DNA of 64,000 nucleotides from Acidimicrobiales bacterium (GTDB lineage: Bacteria; Actinomycetota; Acidimicrobiia; Acidimicrobiales; WLNW01), in contig JBDTLT010000003.1 in the NCBI GenBank assembly GCA_039934635.1, positions 16,460 through 80,459 of the forward strand, written 5' to 3'. Each line of letters begins with the position of its first letter. Within the stretch, counting starts at the first letter, position 1. Below the pieces are notes generated by a model. That model had not been told where the DNA came from. It made no database searches and saw nothing but the letters and a program-made list of their open reading frames with translations. Positions 19,460 to 29,668 of this stretch are shown here, one piece after another. A program made the translations under genes and the position numbers.

Positions 19460-19486
19460 TCAATCCAGGTCGGCAGCTTCCGATTG
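19460..19486 (+). promoter_or_regulatory. Putative sigma28/WhiG-like promoter
   Basis: TCAA-N15-TCCGATTG versus TAAA-N15/16-GCCGATAA; SD AGGAGG before ATG 19517. Confidence 0.35.
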
Positions 19487-19516
19487 GTGACATAGCGAGG
19501 ACCGCCAGGAGGCAAG

Positions 19517-21364
19517 ATGTCGGCCAACCGAGGCCTATTCGGACGAAATCGAGGTCCGAGTCAGGAACATACTCCCGACTCCGACAGCGGCAAGTCCAGC
19601 AAACAACGCAAACGGGAGGAAGCCGCCGAACAGTCGGTCGCACTCCTCGGCGAAGTCGCGGCCGGCTACTACGGCGGCGACCCGAGCGCGAACCCCGGGA
19701 TGCTGGCATTGCCGCCCGCGCCCCCGGCGTACATCCCCGAGCCCCTCGACGACCACCCCCACCTCGGTTTCATTCCGATCGAGTTGCCCGGCGGCGCGCT
19801 GCTGCCGTCCGAAGAAGCATTCGACGACGAGACCGACAATGACGACGAAGCACCCGGCACCTCGCGCCGGTTCCGGCGAGGCTCGCGCCGACGCCGCCGT
19901 CGGGCCCGCCTCGAGGCCGAGGCTGCGGCAGAGGCCGCAGGGAAGGCGCGTTTCAGCTCTTCCTCGACGTCGCCCATGTTCGAATTGACCGCGGGCACGC
20001 CCGACTACTCCGACAACGTGTCCTACGCGACCGATGATGAAGCGGGTTTCTCGCCCCCCGACGAGATCGCGCCGGACGCATTCGAGTGGCCGGCCGACCT
20101 CGATCACCTTGACGACGAAAGCCCCCAAGAGATCGAAGCCGAGCCCGTCGGTGCGTTCGTCGCCGAGCCAGTTGCGGCGTACGAACCCTTCGTGTTCGAA
20201 GCGTCGGCGACAGTCGCACCCGAACCCGAGCCGGCATACGACAGCGCGTTCGCGCCGAGTGTCTACGCGCAGACGCCGTTCTCCGAATCGACCGTGCCCG
20301 CACCCGCGCCCGTGGCGCAGGACACCTCAACGGACTCGGTGCAGTTGATCGACCGCCGTGAAGGCTCGGCAAAGCCCCTCACGGTCGTGACACCGAAGAG
20401 CGAGCGTGCCGACCGTCTCGGCCGCGGCCTCGAGTTGGTGTTCGACGCTCCCCATCTCTGGACGCTGTCGTCACGCGTGATCGGTCAGGTCGTCCCCAAC
20501 GCCAACGCCCAATTGCTCACCACCGATGCAGAGGGTGCGCTGGACGAATCGCTCACTGCCGGACCCAATATCAGCCATTCCGGCTGCACCGTGCCAGATC
20601 GCGAGATGTGCCCGGCGATGCGCCTCGACCGCGTGATGCGTTTCGAGAGCTCAGAGTTCCTCGATGCCTGCCCGTTCCTCGCGATCCGCAAGGGCGAGCC
20701 GGTCTCGGCGGTGTGCATCCCCTTCCGTTCGCAACGCACACTCAGCGGCGTGCTCCACACCACCGCTCCTGTCGATGCGCCGACCACTGCAGCACAAGCC
20801 GACGAGTTGACCGTTGCCCTTGCGCTCATCGGTAAACGCAACAGCGAAATCTCCGGGATCACCTCGGAAGAGTCGGGTGCCGAGATACTCGAGGCGACCA
20901 TCGAAGACCTCGTGCAACGCTCGATTCCCTTCGCGGTTGCGCTCGTGCATCTCGACAACTTCCGTCTCTACAACCGTGCCCACGGCCTCGAAATCGGCGA
21001 CGCCGCGGTCCAGCGCTTCCATCAAATCGCCCGCAATGTGGTGCGACCCGAGGACCTCGTCGCCGGTGACGGTGGCGACGAGTTCTTCATGGTGTTCCCG
21101 CAGACGACGGCCAAAGGTGCCGCCGTGGTGTGCGATCGCATCCGCAATGAACTCGCGGCGTCGTTCGTCGATCACGGTGTCCCTCGCTTCACGGTCAGCA
21201 TCGGCGTCGCCGACACCGATGACGGTGCGACCTTCGACGAACTGCTCGCGGTCATCGAACGCGCGGTAGTGCATGCGGAAGCCGCGGGACACGACCTCGT
21301 TGTCTCCACGAAGATCATCGCGGCACGCCAGGACGACCGCATCCAAGACCTCACCACTCACTGA
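19517..21364 (+). CDS. GGDEF-domain protein with acidic disordered N-terminus and Cys-containing GAF-like domain
   Basis: RPEDLVAGDGGDEFF, FTVSIGVA; region with four Cys (GCTVP, MCPAM, DACPF, AVCIP). Confidence 0.85.
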   Translation: MSANRGLFGRNRGPSQEHTPDSDSGKSSKQRKREEAAEQSVALLGEVAAGYYGGDPSANPGMLALPPAPPAYIPEPLDDHPHLGFIPIELPGGALLPSEEAFDDETDNDDEAPGTSRRFRRGSRRRRRRARLEAEAAAEAAGKARFSSSSTSPMFELTAGTPDYSDNVSYATDDEAGFSPPDEIAPDAFEWPADLDHLDDESPQEIEAEPVGAFVAEPVAAYEPFVFEASATVAPEPEPAYDSAFAPSVYAQTPFSESTVPAPAPVAQDTSTDSVQLIDRREGSAKPLTVVTPKSERADRLGRGLELVFDAPHLWTLSSRVIGQVVPNANAQLLTTDAEGALDESLTAGPNISHSGCTVPDREMCPAMRLDRVMRFESSEFLDACPFLAIRKGEPVSAVCIPFRSQRTLSGVLHTTAPVDAPTTAAQADELTVALALIGKRNSEISGITSEESGAEILEATIEDLVQRSIPFAVALVHLDNFRLYNRAHGLEIGDAAVQRFHQIARNVVRPEDLVAGDGGDEFFMVFPQTTAKGAAVVCDRIRNELAASFVDHGVPRFTVSIGVADTDDGATFDELLAVIERAVVHAEAAGHDLVVSTKIIAARQDDRIQDLTTH

Positions 21365-21411
21365 GCGCCTCTTCCGGGCAGGGCCCACAGAGCGGGCCTA
21401 CTATCCGCACC

Positions 21412-22485
21412 ATGCGCGCAGCTGTCTTCGTCGGAGTCGATCAACCGCTTTCGGTCGAGGAGGTCACGCCGCTGCCGCCCGGCCCTCACGACGTGGTGGT
21501 CGCGATCACGGCGAGCGGTGTGTGCCATACCGAGGTCGCGGTGATCGGCGGTCACTTGCCGTGGACGACACCGTCGATCCTCGGTCACGAGGTCACCGGG
21601 CGCGTGGTCGAGATCGGCTCGGCCGTGAGCCGGGTGCGCGTCGGTGACCGAGTCGTGGGGTCGGGCCTGCCCGCGTGTTCGAATTGCTTCTACTGCGTGC
21701 GCGGCCAGTCGCACCTCTGCGAAGACACGTTCTTGACCGGCGCGCCGCGCGCTCGACGCGCGGATGGCCACCCGCTCACCGCCTTCGCGTCGCTCGGTGG
21801 TTTCGCCGACATGATGACGTCGCCCGAAGGATCGTTGGTCGCCGTGCAGACCGATCTCCCCGACGAGCAGTTGGCGTTGATCGGTTGCGCAGTCACGACG
21901 GGGGTCGGCTCCGCGCTCAACACGGCGGCCGTTGCCCCGGGCGCCACGGTGACAGTCGTGGGCTGTGGCGGTGTCGGCCAGTGCGTGGTGCAGGGTGCCC
22001 GTATCGCCGGCGCCTCGCGCATCTTCGTCGTCGACCCGATGCCGATGAAGCGTCAAGCGGCGGCCCAACAAGGCGCGACCGATCTCATAGACCCCGCCGC
22101 CGGCGATCCCGTCGAGCAGATCAGCGAGCGCACCGAAGGGCGCGGCACCGATTACTCCTTCGAGGTCGTCGGCACGCCCGAGACCATCACGACTGCGTAC
22201 AACTGCGCCCGACGCGGTGGCATCGTGACCATCGTCGGGATGCCCTCGATCCACTCGACGGTCAGCTTCCCGGGGCTCGGGCTCTTCCTCGACGCCAAAG
22301 AGATCAGGGTGTCCAACATGGGCTCGTCGCAGATCCGACGCGACTTTCCCCGCCTGGTCTCGCTGGCCGAGTCGGGCCGCCTCGATCTCGCGTCGATGGT
22401 GTCACGGCGCATCCGCCTCGACGACGTCAACGATGCGTTGCATGAAATGGAACGCGGCGAGATCATCCGCAGCGTGATCGTCTAG
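21412..22485 (+). CDS. Zn-dependent alcohol dehydrogenase
   Basis: GVCHT, GHEVTG, CSNCFYC..C, GCGGVG. Confidence 0.92.
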   Translation: MRAAVFVGVDQPLSVEEVTPLPPGPHDVVVAITASGVCHTEVAVIGGHLPWTTPSILGHEVTGRVVEIGSAVSRVRVGDRVVGSGLPACSNCFYCVRGQSHLCEDTFLTGAPRARRADGHPLTAFASLGGFADMMTSPEGSLVAVQTDLPDEQLALIGCAVTTGVGSALNTAAVAPGATVTVVGCGGVGQCVVQGARIAGASRIFVVDPMPMKRQAAAQQGATDLIDPAAGDPVEQISERTEGRGTDYSFEVVGTPETITTAYNCARRGGIVTIVGMPSIHSTVSFPGLGLFLDAKEIRVSNMGSSQIRRDFPRLVSLAESGRLDLASMVSRRIRLDDVNDALHEMERGEIIRSVIV

Positions 22486-22506
22486 CAGTTCGCCGCGAAG
22501 CGCAGC

Positions 22507-24393
22507 TCACCACGAACCGCCGCCGCCACCACCACCGCCGCCACCGGAAAATCCGCCGCCGCCCATGCCCCCACCACCCGATGACGCGGGCGTCGACGAC
22601 AACAACGTGCCCGCGCTCGAGCTGAACGATTCGATCGAATGACTGAACGAGCTGAACGCGAACGGGTAGGTGCCCACGTACCACGCGCTGGTGTCGGGTT
22701 GGTAGCCGAGTGACTCGAAGGTGCGGGCCCACTTGTCAGTGCAGCCGAACACGACCGCGTACGGCAGATACTCGGTGAATAGGTTCTGCTGCTCGGCGAA
22801 TTGCGCTCGATGCTTCTCCGAGTTCTCGATGAAGTCCTTGAACCCCAGCGCGCGCCGGTAAGCACCCGTGCCCCGGGCGGTGCGCCGCGGCATGAACCGC
22901 GCGCCCACCGCGAGCAGCAGACCGGCGACTGCGAGCGGCGCAGCCACCAGTGCCGCGTGCGTCGCGACGATGGCGAAGATGAGCAACGCGACACCGATCG
23001 CAAGGCCGAAGAACGCTATGGCGGTCCACTTCTGGCGCACCTGATCGGGGCGACGGGAGAAGAACCCGCGACCGACCGCGTCGTTGTAGAGCGCCTCTTT
23101 GATCTCGCGCATGTCGGACGCGAACTTGTTCTTCAGTTGCGACATCTCGACGGACGGACCGGTCTCGAACAAGTGCTGCAACAACAACTGCTCGTAGGGC
23201 ATGAGTGAGTCATTCTTGGCCAGGCGTACCAAACGGTGGTCCTTGACCTTGCCGCGGTTGTCGGTGACCTCTTCGATGCGGAGATAGCCGCGCACCGCGA
23301 GATCGACCATTGTCGCCGAGACGTCGAGATTGTCGGCCGACTCGTCGACCAGCACGCCGAGTTGCGCGGGTCGGATACCGTCGGGCGGCACGAACTCGAC
23401 CGGCGTCGGCACGTGCTCGAACAACCCGACGCGCTCGGTGTTCTCCTCCGCGCCTTCGGAGAACGCGATGTCGGTGACGGTGCCAATGGCTCGGCGGTCG
23501 CGGCCCACGCGAAACACCAGCAGCGCCACCCCACCGATCGCGACGAGCGCAACCGCGGCTGCGCCGACGACGGTCAGGAAGGTCAAGTCGAAGGCGCGCC
23601 CGAGCGACCACTTTTCCCTGATGTACTTGACCGGCTCGACGTCAGGCCCGTCGGCATCAGGAACGGTGGCCGCGATCGTGACACCTTGGAACGCGCCGAG
23701 ACCCGATTCGCTGAACGTTGCGACACCATTGTCGACCGCGGCGGGACAGGCATCGGTCGAGCCGGTGCTGCCGCTGAAACAGGCGACGCGCGTGATCGCT
23801 CCGGTCTCGGCCGTGACATCGACCCGCACCACGTCGATCGGCACGTCCCATCCGGTACCGACGATGTTCCAGTAGAGCTCGTCATCGCCGGGCATCGCGT
23901 TGACCGCGCCTTTTTGCACGTAATGGATCGTGTAGGTGTGGTGTCCGGTGACCAGTATGTCTTTGTCGCCGACGCGAGCGCGCTTCAACTGGAGGTCGGC
24001 GTTGAAGCTCGACTTGACCGATTCGAGCGCGTACTTGTCGGGCGCATCGGAGTCGATCGAGATCACGTCGAGCGGATACTTGCGCCACCACGCGACGTCA
24101 CGGCGCACCGAGGCCGCGCGCGGATCTGGGTCGTCGGCCGGCTCGTAACCCTGTGCCGTGACGAACTCGCGCAAGATGCCGTGACGGCTGAAGAACCCGA
24201 AGTCGTAGTCGATCGTCTCGGTGACGTCGATCGTGCCGTTGGCCAATACGACGACGTGCACCTCGTAGGTACGGATGCGTTCGCCTTGTGTCTGTGCCGA
24301 CGCCGCGTGCGTCTGCCCCACGAACACGAGAGCGAAAATGAATATCGCGGCCGCGGCCATGCGGAATCGACCCGAGCCAGACGCGACAGTCAT
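22507..24393 (-). CDS. DUF2207 family membrane protein
   Basis: VTETIDYDF, ELYWNIVG, ATMVDLAVRGYL, YLPYAVVFG, Gly-rich GGGFSGGG...GSW tail. Confidence 0.88.
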   Translation of the reverse strand: MTVASGSGRFRMAAAAIFIFALVFVGQTHAASAQTQGERIRTYEVHVVVLANGTIDVTETIDYDFGFFSRHGILREFVTAQGYEPADDPDPRAASVRRDVAWWRKYPLDVISIDSDAPDKYALESVKSSFNADLQLKRARVGDKDILVTGHHTYTIHYVQKGAVNAMPGDDELYWNIVGTGWDVPIDVVRVDVTAETGAITRVACFSGSTGSTDACPAAVDNGVATFSESGLGAFQGVTIAATVPDADGPDVEPVKYIREKWSLGRAFDLTFLTVVGAAAVALVAIGGVALLVFRVGRDRRAIGTVTDIAFSEGAEENTERVGLFEHVPTPVEFVPPDGIRPAQLGVLVDESADNLDVSATMVDLAVRGYLRIEEVTDNRGKVKDHRLVRLAKNDSLMPYEQLLLQHLFETGPSVEMSQLKNKFASDMREIKEALYNDAVGRGFFSRRPDQVRQKWTAIAFFGLAIGVALLIFAIVATHAALVAAPLAVAGLLLAVGARFMPRRTARGTGAYRRALGFKDFIENSEKHRAQFAEQQNLFTEYLPYAVVFGCTDKWARTFESLGYQPDTSAWYVGTYPFAFSSFSHSIESFSSSAGTLLSSTPASSGGGGMGGGGFSGGGGGGGGGGSW

Positions 24394-24405
24394 GGCTGCT
24401 GTGTA

Positions 24406-25548
24406 TCACGCCCGCGGTAGGCCGAGCACGCGTTGCGCAACGATGTTGCGTTGAATCTGTTGGGTTCCCCCGAAGATGGACTGTGCCCGCGACCACACAT
24501 AGCCGGGAAACGCCGCTACATCGTCGAGGACAGCTTCTGCCGCGAGCACGTCGAGTACGACATGACCGAGCAGTTGATCTGCGTTGGTCATGAGGAGCTT
24601 GTCGATCGACCCCTCGGGGCCGGGTGCGTGGCCGTCGAGGCGCGCTCCGGTGCTGCGCTGCACATGCAGCTTGAGCGTCTGCAGTTCGACCCACGCGCCG
24701 GCGAGGGCCTCTCGCTGCGACGCCGACACCGCGAGCTCACCCGAACGGACGCGCCCCTCGAGCATCGTCAACGTTCGTTCGAGGCGCGCGGTCCATCCCA
24801 TGTCGGCCGGGCCGCGCTCGAAGCCGAGCAATTGCATGGCAATCGTCCAACCTTGGCCGGGCTGCCCGAGCAAGTTCGCCGCCGGCACCAGCGCGTCGGT
24901 GAAGAAGACCTCGGCGAACTCGCTCGACCCATACGACGTGATGATCGGCCGAACCTCGATGCCCGGGGTATCCATCGGCACCATGAGCATCGAGATACCG
25001 CGATGATCGGGCACGTCGAACTCGGTACGCAACAACAACAAGCACCACTGAGCCCATATGGCTTCGCTCGTCCAGATCTTTTGACCTTCGATCCGGTAGG
25101 CGTCGGCTGTGCCCGCGCCGGATACACGTACGCCGCGGGTTCGTAGCGACGAAAGATCAGAGCCGGCGTTGGGCTCGCTGAAGCCTTGGCACCACAACAC
25201 TTCGCTCGAAAGCAACCCGGGGAGATGGGTGCGCTTTTGTTCTTCGCTACCGAAGAGTCGGATGGCGTTGGTGATGTGGTTGATCGCCGGGACCGACGGC
25301 AGGCCGGCCAAGCCGAGTTCGTCGTTGAGGATTGCGTCGTAGATGATCGAACGGCCTTGCCCGCCGTATTCGACAGGAAACGACAGGCCGAGCCACCCAC
25401 CCTCCGCGAGCGAGCGGTGCCATCGATGGTTGTAGGCCATGCGCTCATCGGCATCACGGGGCGGTGCGTCGGTCGGCGCGTGCCCGGCGAGCCACGCCCG
25501 TAGTTGCGAACGGAACTGCGCTTCGTCGTCGGTGTCGCGATAGTCCAT
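24406..25548 (-). CDS. Acyl-CoA dehydrogenase (alpha-type subunit)
   Basis: WCQGFSEPNAGSDL, GQKIWTS, SIFGGTQQIQRNIVA. Confidence 0.92.
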   Translation of the reverse strand: MDYRDTDDEAQFRSQLRAWLAGHAPTDAPPRDADERMAYNHRWHRSLAEGGWLGLSFPVEYGGQGRSIIYDAILNDELGLAGLPSVPAINHITNAIRLFGSEEQKRTHLPGLLSSEVLWCQGFSEPNAGSDLSSLRTRGVRVSGAGTADAYRIEGQKIWTSEAIWAQWCLLLLRTEFDVPDHRGISMLMVPMDTPGIEVRPIITSYGSSEFAEVFFTDALVPAANLLGQPGQGWTIAMQLLGFERGPADMGWTARLERTLTMLEGRVRSGELAVSASQREALAGAWVELQTLKLHVQRSTGARLDGHAPGPEGSIDKLLMTNADQLLGHVVLDVLAAEAVLDDVAAFPGYVWSRAQSIFGGTQQIQRNIVAQRVLGLPRA

Positions 25549-26597
25549 CAGCGCCCCACCCCCGCCCGGGTGTCACCGAGGCGCGCGTCGGCGATCGCTC
25601 GCAGATGCCTGCGCTCGTCGCCGAAGCTGGCTGCGAGGAACAGCGCGCGGCGCACGCGCACGTGAGCAAGGTGTTCCCACGTGATGGCGATGCCGCCGTG
25701 CAACTGCACGCTGATCTCGACGACCTGGCGGGCCGCCCGCGAGCAGTACGCCTTTGCCTGTCGCGCCGCCAGTAGCGCCTCGAGCGGCGGCAGCGCGTCG
25801 ACGGCCCACGCCGCGTGCCACATCGACGATCGCGCTCCTTCGAGGAGGACCGCGGCATCGGCGGCCAGATGCTGCACCGCTTGGAATGTGCCCACCGGTG
25901 CACCGAACTGCACGCGGTCACGGACATAGCCGACCGCTGAATCGACCGCACCCTGCATCACCCCGACGAGGTCCGCGGCCACCACCGTGTAGGCCAACGC
26001 GTCGAAGCGCGCTCGATCGTCGGTAGTCAACGCCACCTCAGCGAGCCGCAATGCGCGGGGACCGGTGTCCGAGTCGATCGAACGCACCACACGGGTCCGA
26101 TCGAGCGCCGGCATCTCGTCACCGACGATCTCGCGCTCGCAAAGCCGACCGGAGTCGTCGAGGAGCAACGCGTGGGTCGCGTGCGCCGAGTCCCAGGCAA
26201 CCGCGGGTTCGCCGACACGGGCGATGCCCAACAGATCCGAGCGCAACGCCAATGCGATGCGCCGAGATCCCGCAGCAACTTCCGCGACGAGGCCACCCAA
26301 GCCGGCGATTGCCAACAACTCGGGCGCGAGAACTGCCTGCGCGACGAACGGCACCGGGCACAAGTGCACCGCCAACTGTTCGGCCACCAACGCAACATCG
26401 AGCGCGCTGGCCCCGGCGCCGCCGAGGCTCTCGGGCGCGTGCATCGCCAAAAAACCGGTATCGCGCAACGCGTTCCACGCGCCGTCGTCGGAATGGGCTC
26501 CGACATCGCTCGGCGCGACGACCAACGCGTGGTTGGTCGCCAATCTCGCTGCGGTGTGTTGTACCAGCGCGTGTTCGTCGTTGAGCCGTACGTCCAT
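25548..26597 (-). CDS. Acyl-CoA dehydrogenase (short beta-type subunit)
   Basis: RVQFGAPVGTFQAVQH, QLHGGIAITWEH; coupled to the downstream ACAD. Confidence 0.88.
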   Translation of the reverse strand: MDVRLNDEHALVQHTAARLATNHALVVAPSDVGAHSDDGAWNALRDTGFLAMHAPESLGGAGASALDVALVAEQLAVHLCPVPFVAQAVLAPELLAIAGLGGLVAEVAAGSRRIALALRSDLLGIARVGEPAVAWDSAHATHALLLDDSGRLCEREIVGDEMPALDRTRVVRSIDSDTGPRALRLAEVALTTDDRARFDALAYTVVAADLVGVMQGAVDSAVGYVRDRVQFGAPVGTFQAVQHLAADAAVLLEGARSSMWHAAWAVDALPPLEALLAARQAKAYCSRAARQVVEISVQLHGGIAITWEHLAHVRVRRALFLAASFGDERRHLRAIADARLGDTRAGVGR

Positions 26598-26612
26598 GGT
26601 GTCGCTACTGCC

Positions 26613-28622
26613 TCAGGGCTCGTGCCGCACGAGAAGAGCCTCTCCCGATCGGGCGCGGCTCGACCACTCGCGCGACAGCCCCGGCGCCGAGAATCGCACC
26701 TCTTGCGGTGATGGCGAGTCGACCTCCCACAAGAGCGCCGCATTCGGGCCGTGCCAGCGCACCGAGTAGGCGAGCGTCCCGGCGAAAGTCGGCACCCGCG
26801 CCACGTCGATCGACTGACCCCGCCACGAGTCGGGGACGACCGGCAAGAGGCGCAACTCTCTGGCGGAAACATCCTCGATCACCGCCAAGCTCCGCATGGC
26901 GTCGGCAAATCGGGCGCACACGAGCGGATCGTCGCCGAGACCGCCGCTGCCCGAGCCGAGCCGCGGGTGGACGAACGACGGCCACGAGCCCGCGGTCGAC
27001 AGATGATCGGCCACCAAACGCAACCTGTCGAAGCCCGCCACCGATCCGTCGTCGATTTCGCGCGTCGCGCGCTCGATCGTTGCGCGGAGGTCGAGCCCGC
27101 GCCGAGTGTCGGTCGCGGGTTCGGCCGGCCGATCGGCGAGTACCCCGTCGGCGTCGTCGACGGCCGGCTCACGCGACCCTTGCCACACGATGATGGCCGC
27201 GAAGTCATCGATCTCGTCTGCGGTATCGGCTTGGCCGGCGGCACGAGCCATGCCGGCCAACGCCTCGACGAGCGGAGCGAGCGCGCGGGCCGACGAAGCG
27301 TCACCGCTGCGTTCGATCCGTCGGCCGCACCATTGCGCCATCCGCACTGCGGGCACGAGCACGGCGTGGGCGACGACGACATCGCCTGTCGCGCGCCAAT
27401 GCGCGACGATCGCCCGCAAGGCGGCGAGGTTGCGGGCCAGCGACGCGTCGCCGCGTCGCGCCCAACTCTCGATGCGCTGGTCGTCCATGTGGCCGACGAG
27501 CAGGGGCGCCACATGTGAACCCAGGCCGATCCGTGCGAGCGCCGAAGCAATTGTCGTTTCGTCGTCCACGGTGAACGATGCCTGCGGACCGACCGGCACG
27601 AAATCCGCGCCGTCGATCGTCAACAGCAGCCGTCGTGTCGCACAGTTGTAGGCCCGGGCGAGCGCGTCGTCGGGCACGCCGATTGCCGCCGCTCGTTCGA
27701 GGTGCGCCTGCCACCCGCGCGCCACGGCCGCGGCATCGGCGACGCGCTCGGGCGATCGCGGCGTCGAACGGCGCGGCGAGCGCGGCGCGAAGAAGAACCG
27801 GATCGTGCTGCGGTGCGCGACCGGGAAGACGACCGCGCCATTGGCCAGGCCGAAAACGCAGGTGGCACGACGCGGTGCGGTCGAGTCGGCCCGCTCGGCC
27901 ATCACCATTGCCGACGAATCTTCGGAATCCGCGGTGCCCAACGCGTAGCCGGAGGGGGCTCTCGGCAGCACGAGCGCCGGTTGCTCGTTGACGCGCACGA
28001 GCGTGCCGTCGAACTCGAGCGCGTCGATCACGCCCACACTCGTACCGTCGACCGGACGCAGAGCCAGCGCGACCGCGATGGGAAGCGGGGACGAGTTCTC
28101 GATCTCGATCACGACGACGTCGCCGAATTCACGCTCACCCGAGATGCCGAACACGCGGTGGATGGCGTCGCCCTCGGGGATGCGAACGACGGTCTCGACA
28201 ACCGGCGCGTCGTCGATCGCCCGTTGCCGCACGGAAGCCTCGCGTGACGGCTGGTACCAGCGATCCCCGGCGTGCACGATCCAGTCGATGCCCCATCCGC
28301 CCGTCGTCGGCATGACGAACCCCCTCGGATCAACAACGGCCAACGCGCCCGTCGCGATCGTGCCCACGGTGGTCCAGGAACGCGCGGTCACGTTCTCGAT
28401 CGACGCCACGTCCCCGAGCGGCACGAACGCGGCGTGGGTTGGGCGCAGTTGGCGCTCCAACCAATACGGCCAGTACCAGTCGAGCTTGGCCACTGCAGCT
28501 GCAGTGCGCCGCGCCGCATCGTCGCGCGCCAACGAGCGTCCGCGACCGATCCGGCGCGCGGTCGATCGCAACACCTCGTCGAACCATTCAGTTGATTGCG
28601 CGCGAAGGCGTGGCGTGTCCAT
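26613..28622 (-). CDS. Hypothetical 669-aa protein, possibly a glycoside-hydrolase-like fold
   Basis: Long ORF co-oriented between gpsA and the ACADs; WPYWLERQ, LLPVVPDSWRG, VRWHG..ALLWE. Confidence 0.6.
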   Translation of the reverse strand: MDTPRLRAQSTEWFDEVLRSTARRIGRGRSLARDDAARRTAAAVAKLDWYWPYWLERQLRPTHAAFVPLGDVASIENVTARSWTTVGTIATGALAVVDPRGFVMPTTGGWGIDWIVHAGDRWYQPSREASVRQRAIDDAPVVETVVRIPEGDAIHRVFGISGEREFGDVVVIEIENSSPLPIAVALALRPVDGTSVGVIDALEFDGTLVRVNEQPALVLPRAPSGYALGTADSEDSSAMVMAERADSTAPRRATCVFGLANGAVVFPVAHRSTIRFFFAPRSPRRSTPRSPERVADAAAVARGWQAHLERAAAIGVPDDALARAYNCATRRLLLTIDGADFVPVGPQASFTVDDETTIASALARIGLGSHVAPLLVGHMDDQRIESWARRGDASLARNLAALRAIVAHWRATGDVVVAHAVLVPAVRMAQWCGRRIERSGDASSARALAPLVEALAGMARAAGQADTADEIDDFAAIIVWQGSREPAVDDADGVLADRPAEPATDTRRGLDLRATIERATREIDDGSVAGFDRLRLVADHLSTAGSWPSFVHPRLGSGSGGLGDDPLVCARFADAMRSLAVIEDVSARELRLLPVVPDSWRGQSIDVARVPTFAGTLAYSVRWHGPNAALLWEVDSPSPQEVRFSAPGLSREWSSRARSGEALLVRHEP

Positions 28623-28634
28623 CGTTGGTATCTG

Positions 28635-29645
28635 TCAGCGAGAGGCCGGAGCGCGAGTCTCTCGCCCCACTTTGCGCCGCAACAATCCGCGGTAGGCCTC
28701 GGATGCGGGCTGACCGTCGACCACCACCCGGTAGACCTGGTTGACAATCGGCAGGTCGAGACCGAGCTCGTCGCCCAATTCTTTGACAACGCGCACGGCC
28801 TTGACGCCTTCGGCCACCTGGTTCATCTCGGCGATGATGTCGGCGAGCGAACGGCCCCGGCCCAGCTGCTCGCCTACATAGCGATTGCGGCTCTGCGCGC
28901 TGATGCACGTCGCAACGAGATCGCCCATGCCCGCGAGACCGGCGAACGTCAACGGGTTGCCGCCCATGGTCACGCCGAGGCTCGTCAACTCGTGAAGCCC
29001 ACGGGTGATGACGGCCGCACGAGTGTTGTCACCGGTGCCGAGCCCGTCGGCCATGCCCGACGCCAAGGCGATCACGTTCTTGAACGCGCCCGCCACCTCG
29101 CAGCCGACCACATCGACGTTGGTGTACACGCGGAACAAATCGGTGGCGAAGATGTCCTGAAGGCGCTCGGAGATGTGCTCGTCGGCCATCGCCAACACCG
29201 CCGCCGCGGCGTGGCCATCGAGGATTTCCTTGGCCAGGTTCGGGCCGGTCAGGACGCCTGTCGGATGACCGGTCGCGACCTCGGCGGCCACCTGTGTCAT
29301 TCGCAACTTCGTGTGCTGTTCGAAGCCTTTGGTGAGACTGACGATCGGCACCCACGCGCGCAAGAACGGCTGCGCGGCTTGCAGAGTCGAACGAAAGACG
29401 TGCGAGGGCACACCCATCACCAATACGTCTGCGCTGGCGACCGTTTCGGACAACGAGCTCGATGCGCGCAACGCTGGATGCAACGTGAACGTCGGCAGAT
29501 ACCGGCCGTTTCGATGATGTTCGTTGATCTCGTCGGCCAACTCGGCGTCGCGCGACCAGAGCACCGTCTCCGCGTTGTGTGCCGCCAGCGACGCGAATGT
29601 GGTGCCCCACGAACCCGCACCGAGCACGGCAACACGAATCTTCAT
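28635..29645 (-). CDS. gpsA: NAD(P)H-dependent glycerol-3-phosphate dehydrogenase
   Basis: GAGSWGT, TGPNLA, KNVIALA, GLAGMGDLVATC, SRNR, VAEG. Confidence 0.95.
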   Translation of the reverse strand: MKIRVAVLGAGSWGTTFASLAAHNAETVLWSRDAELADEINEHHRNGRYLPTFTLHPALRASSSLSETVASADVLVMGVPSHVFRSTLQAAQPFLRAWVPIVSLTKGFEQHTKLRMTQVAAEVATGHPTGVLTGPNLAKEILDGHAAAAVLAMADEHISERLQDIFATDLFRVYTNVDVVGCEVAGAFKNVIALASGMADGLGTGDNTRAAVITRGLHELTSLGVTMGGNPLTFAGLAGMGDLVATCISAQSRNRYVGEQLGRGRSLADIIAEMNQVAEGVKAVRVVKELGDELGLDLPIVNQVYRVVVDGQPASEAYRGLLRRKVGRETRAPASR

Positions 29646-29668
29646 AGGCCAACCCTAGACTCTGGCCG
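29646..29668. promoter_or_regulatory. Overlapping divergent leaderless -10 elements (gpsA/cofC)
   Basis: + TAGACT (29656-61)-N7-ATG; - TAGGGT (29652-57)-N6-ATG. Confidence 0.6.

Noticed and set aside
19403-19516. Possible c-di-GMP or c-di-AMP riboswitch before the GGDEF gene
   Set aside because: Conserved riboswitch motifs not recognisable; an Rfam scan would be needed
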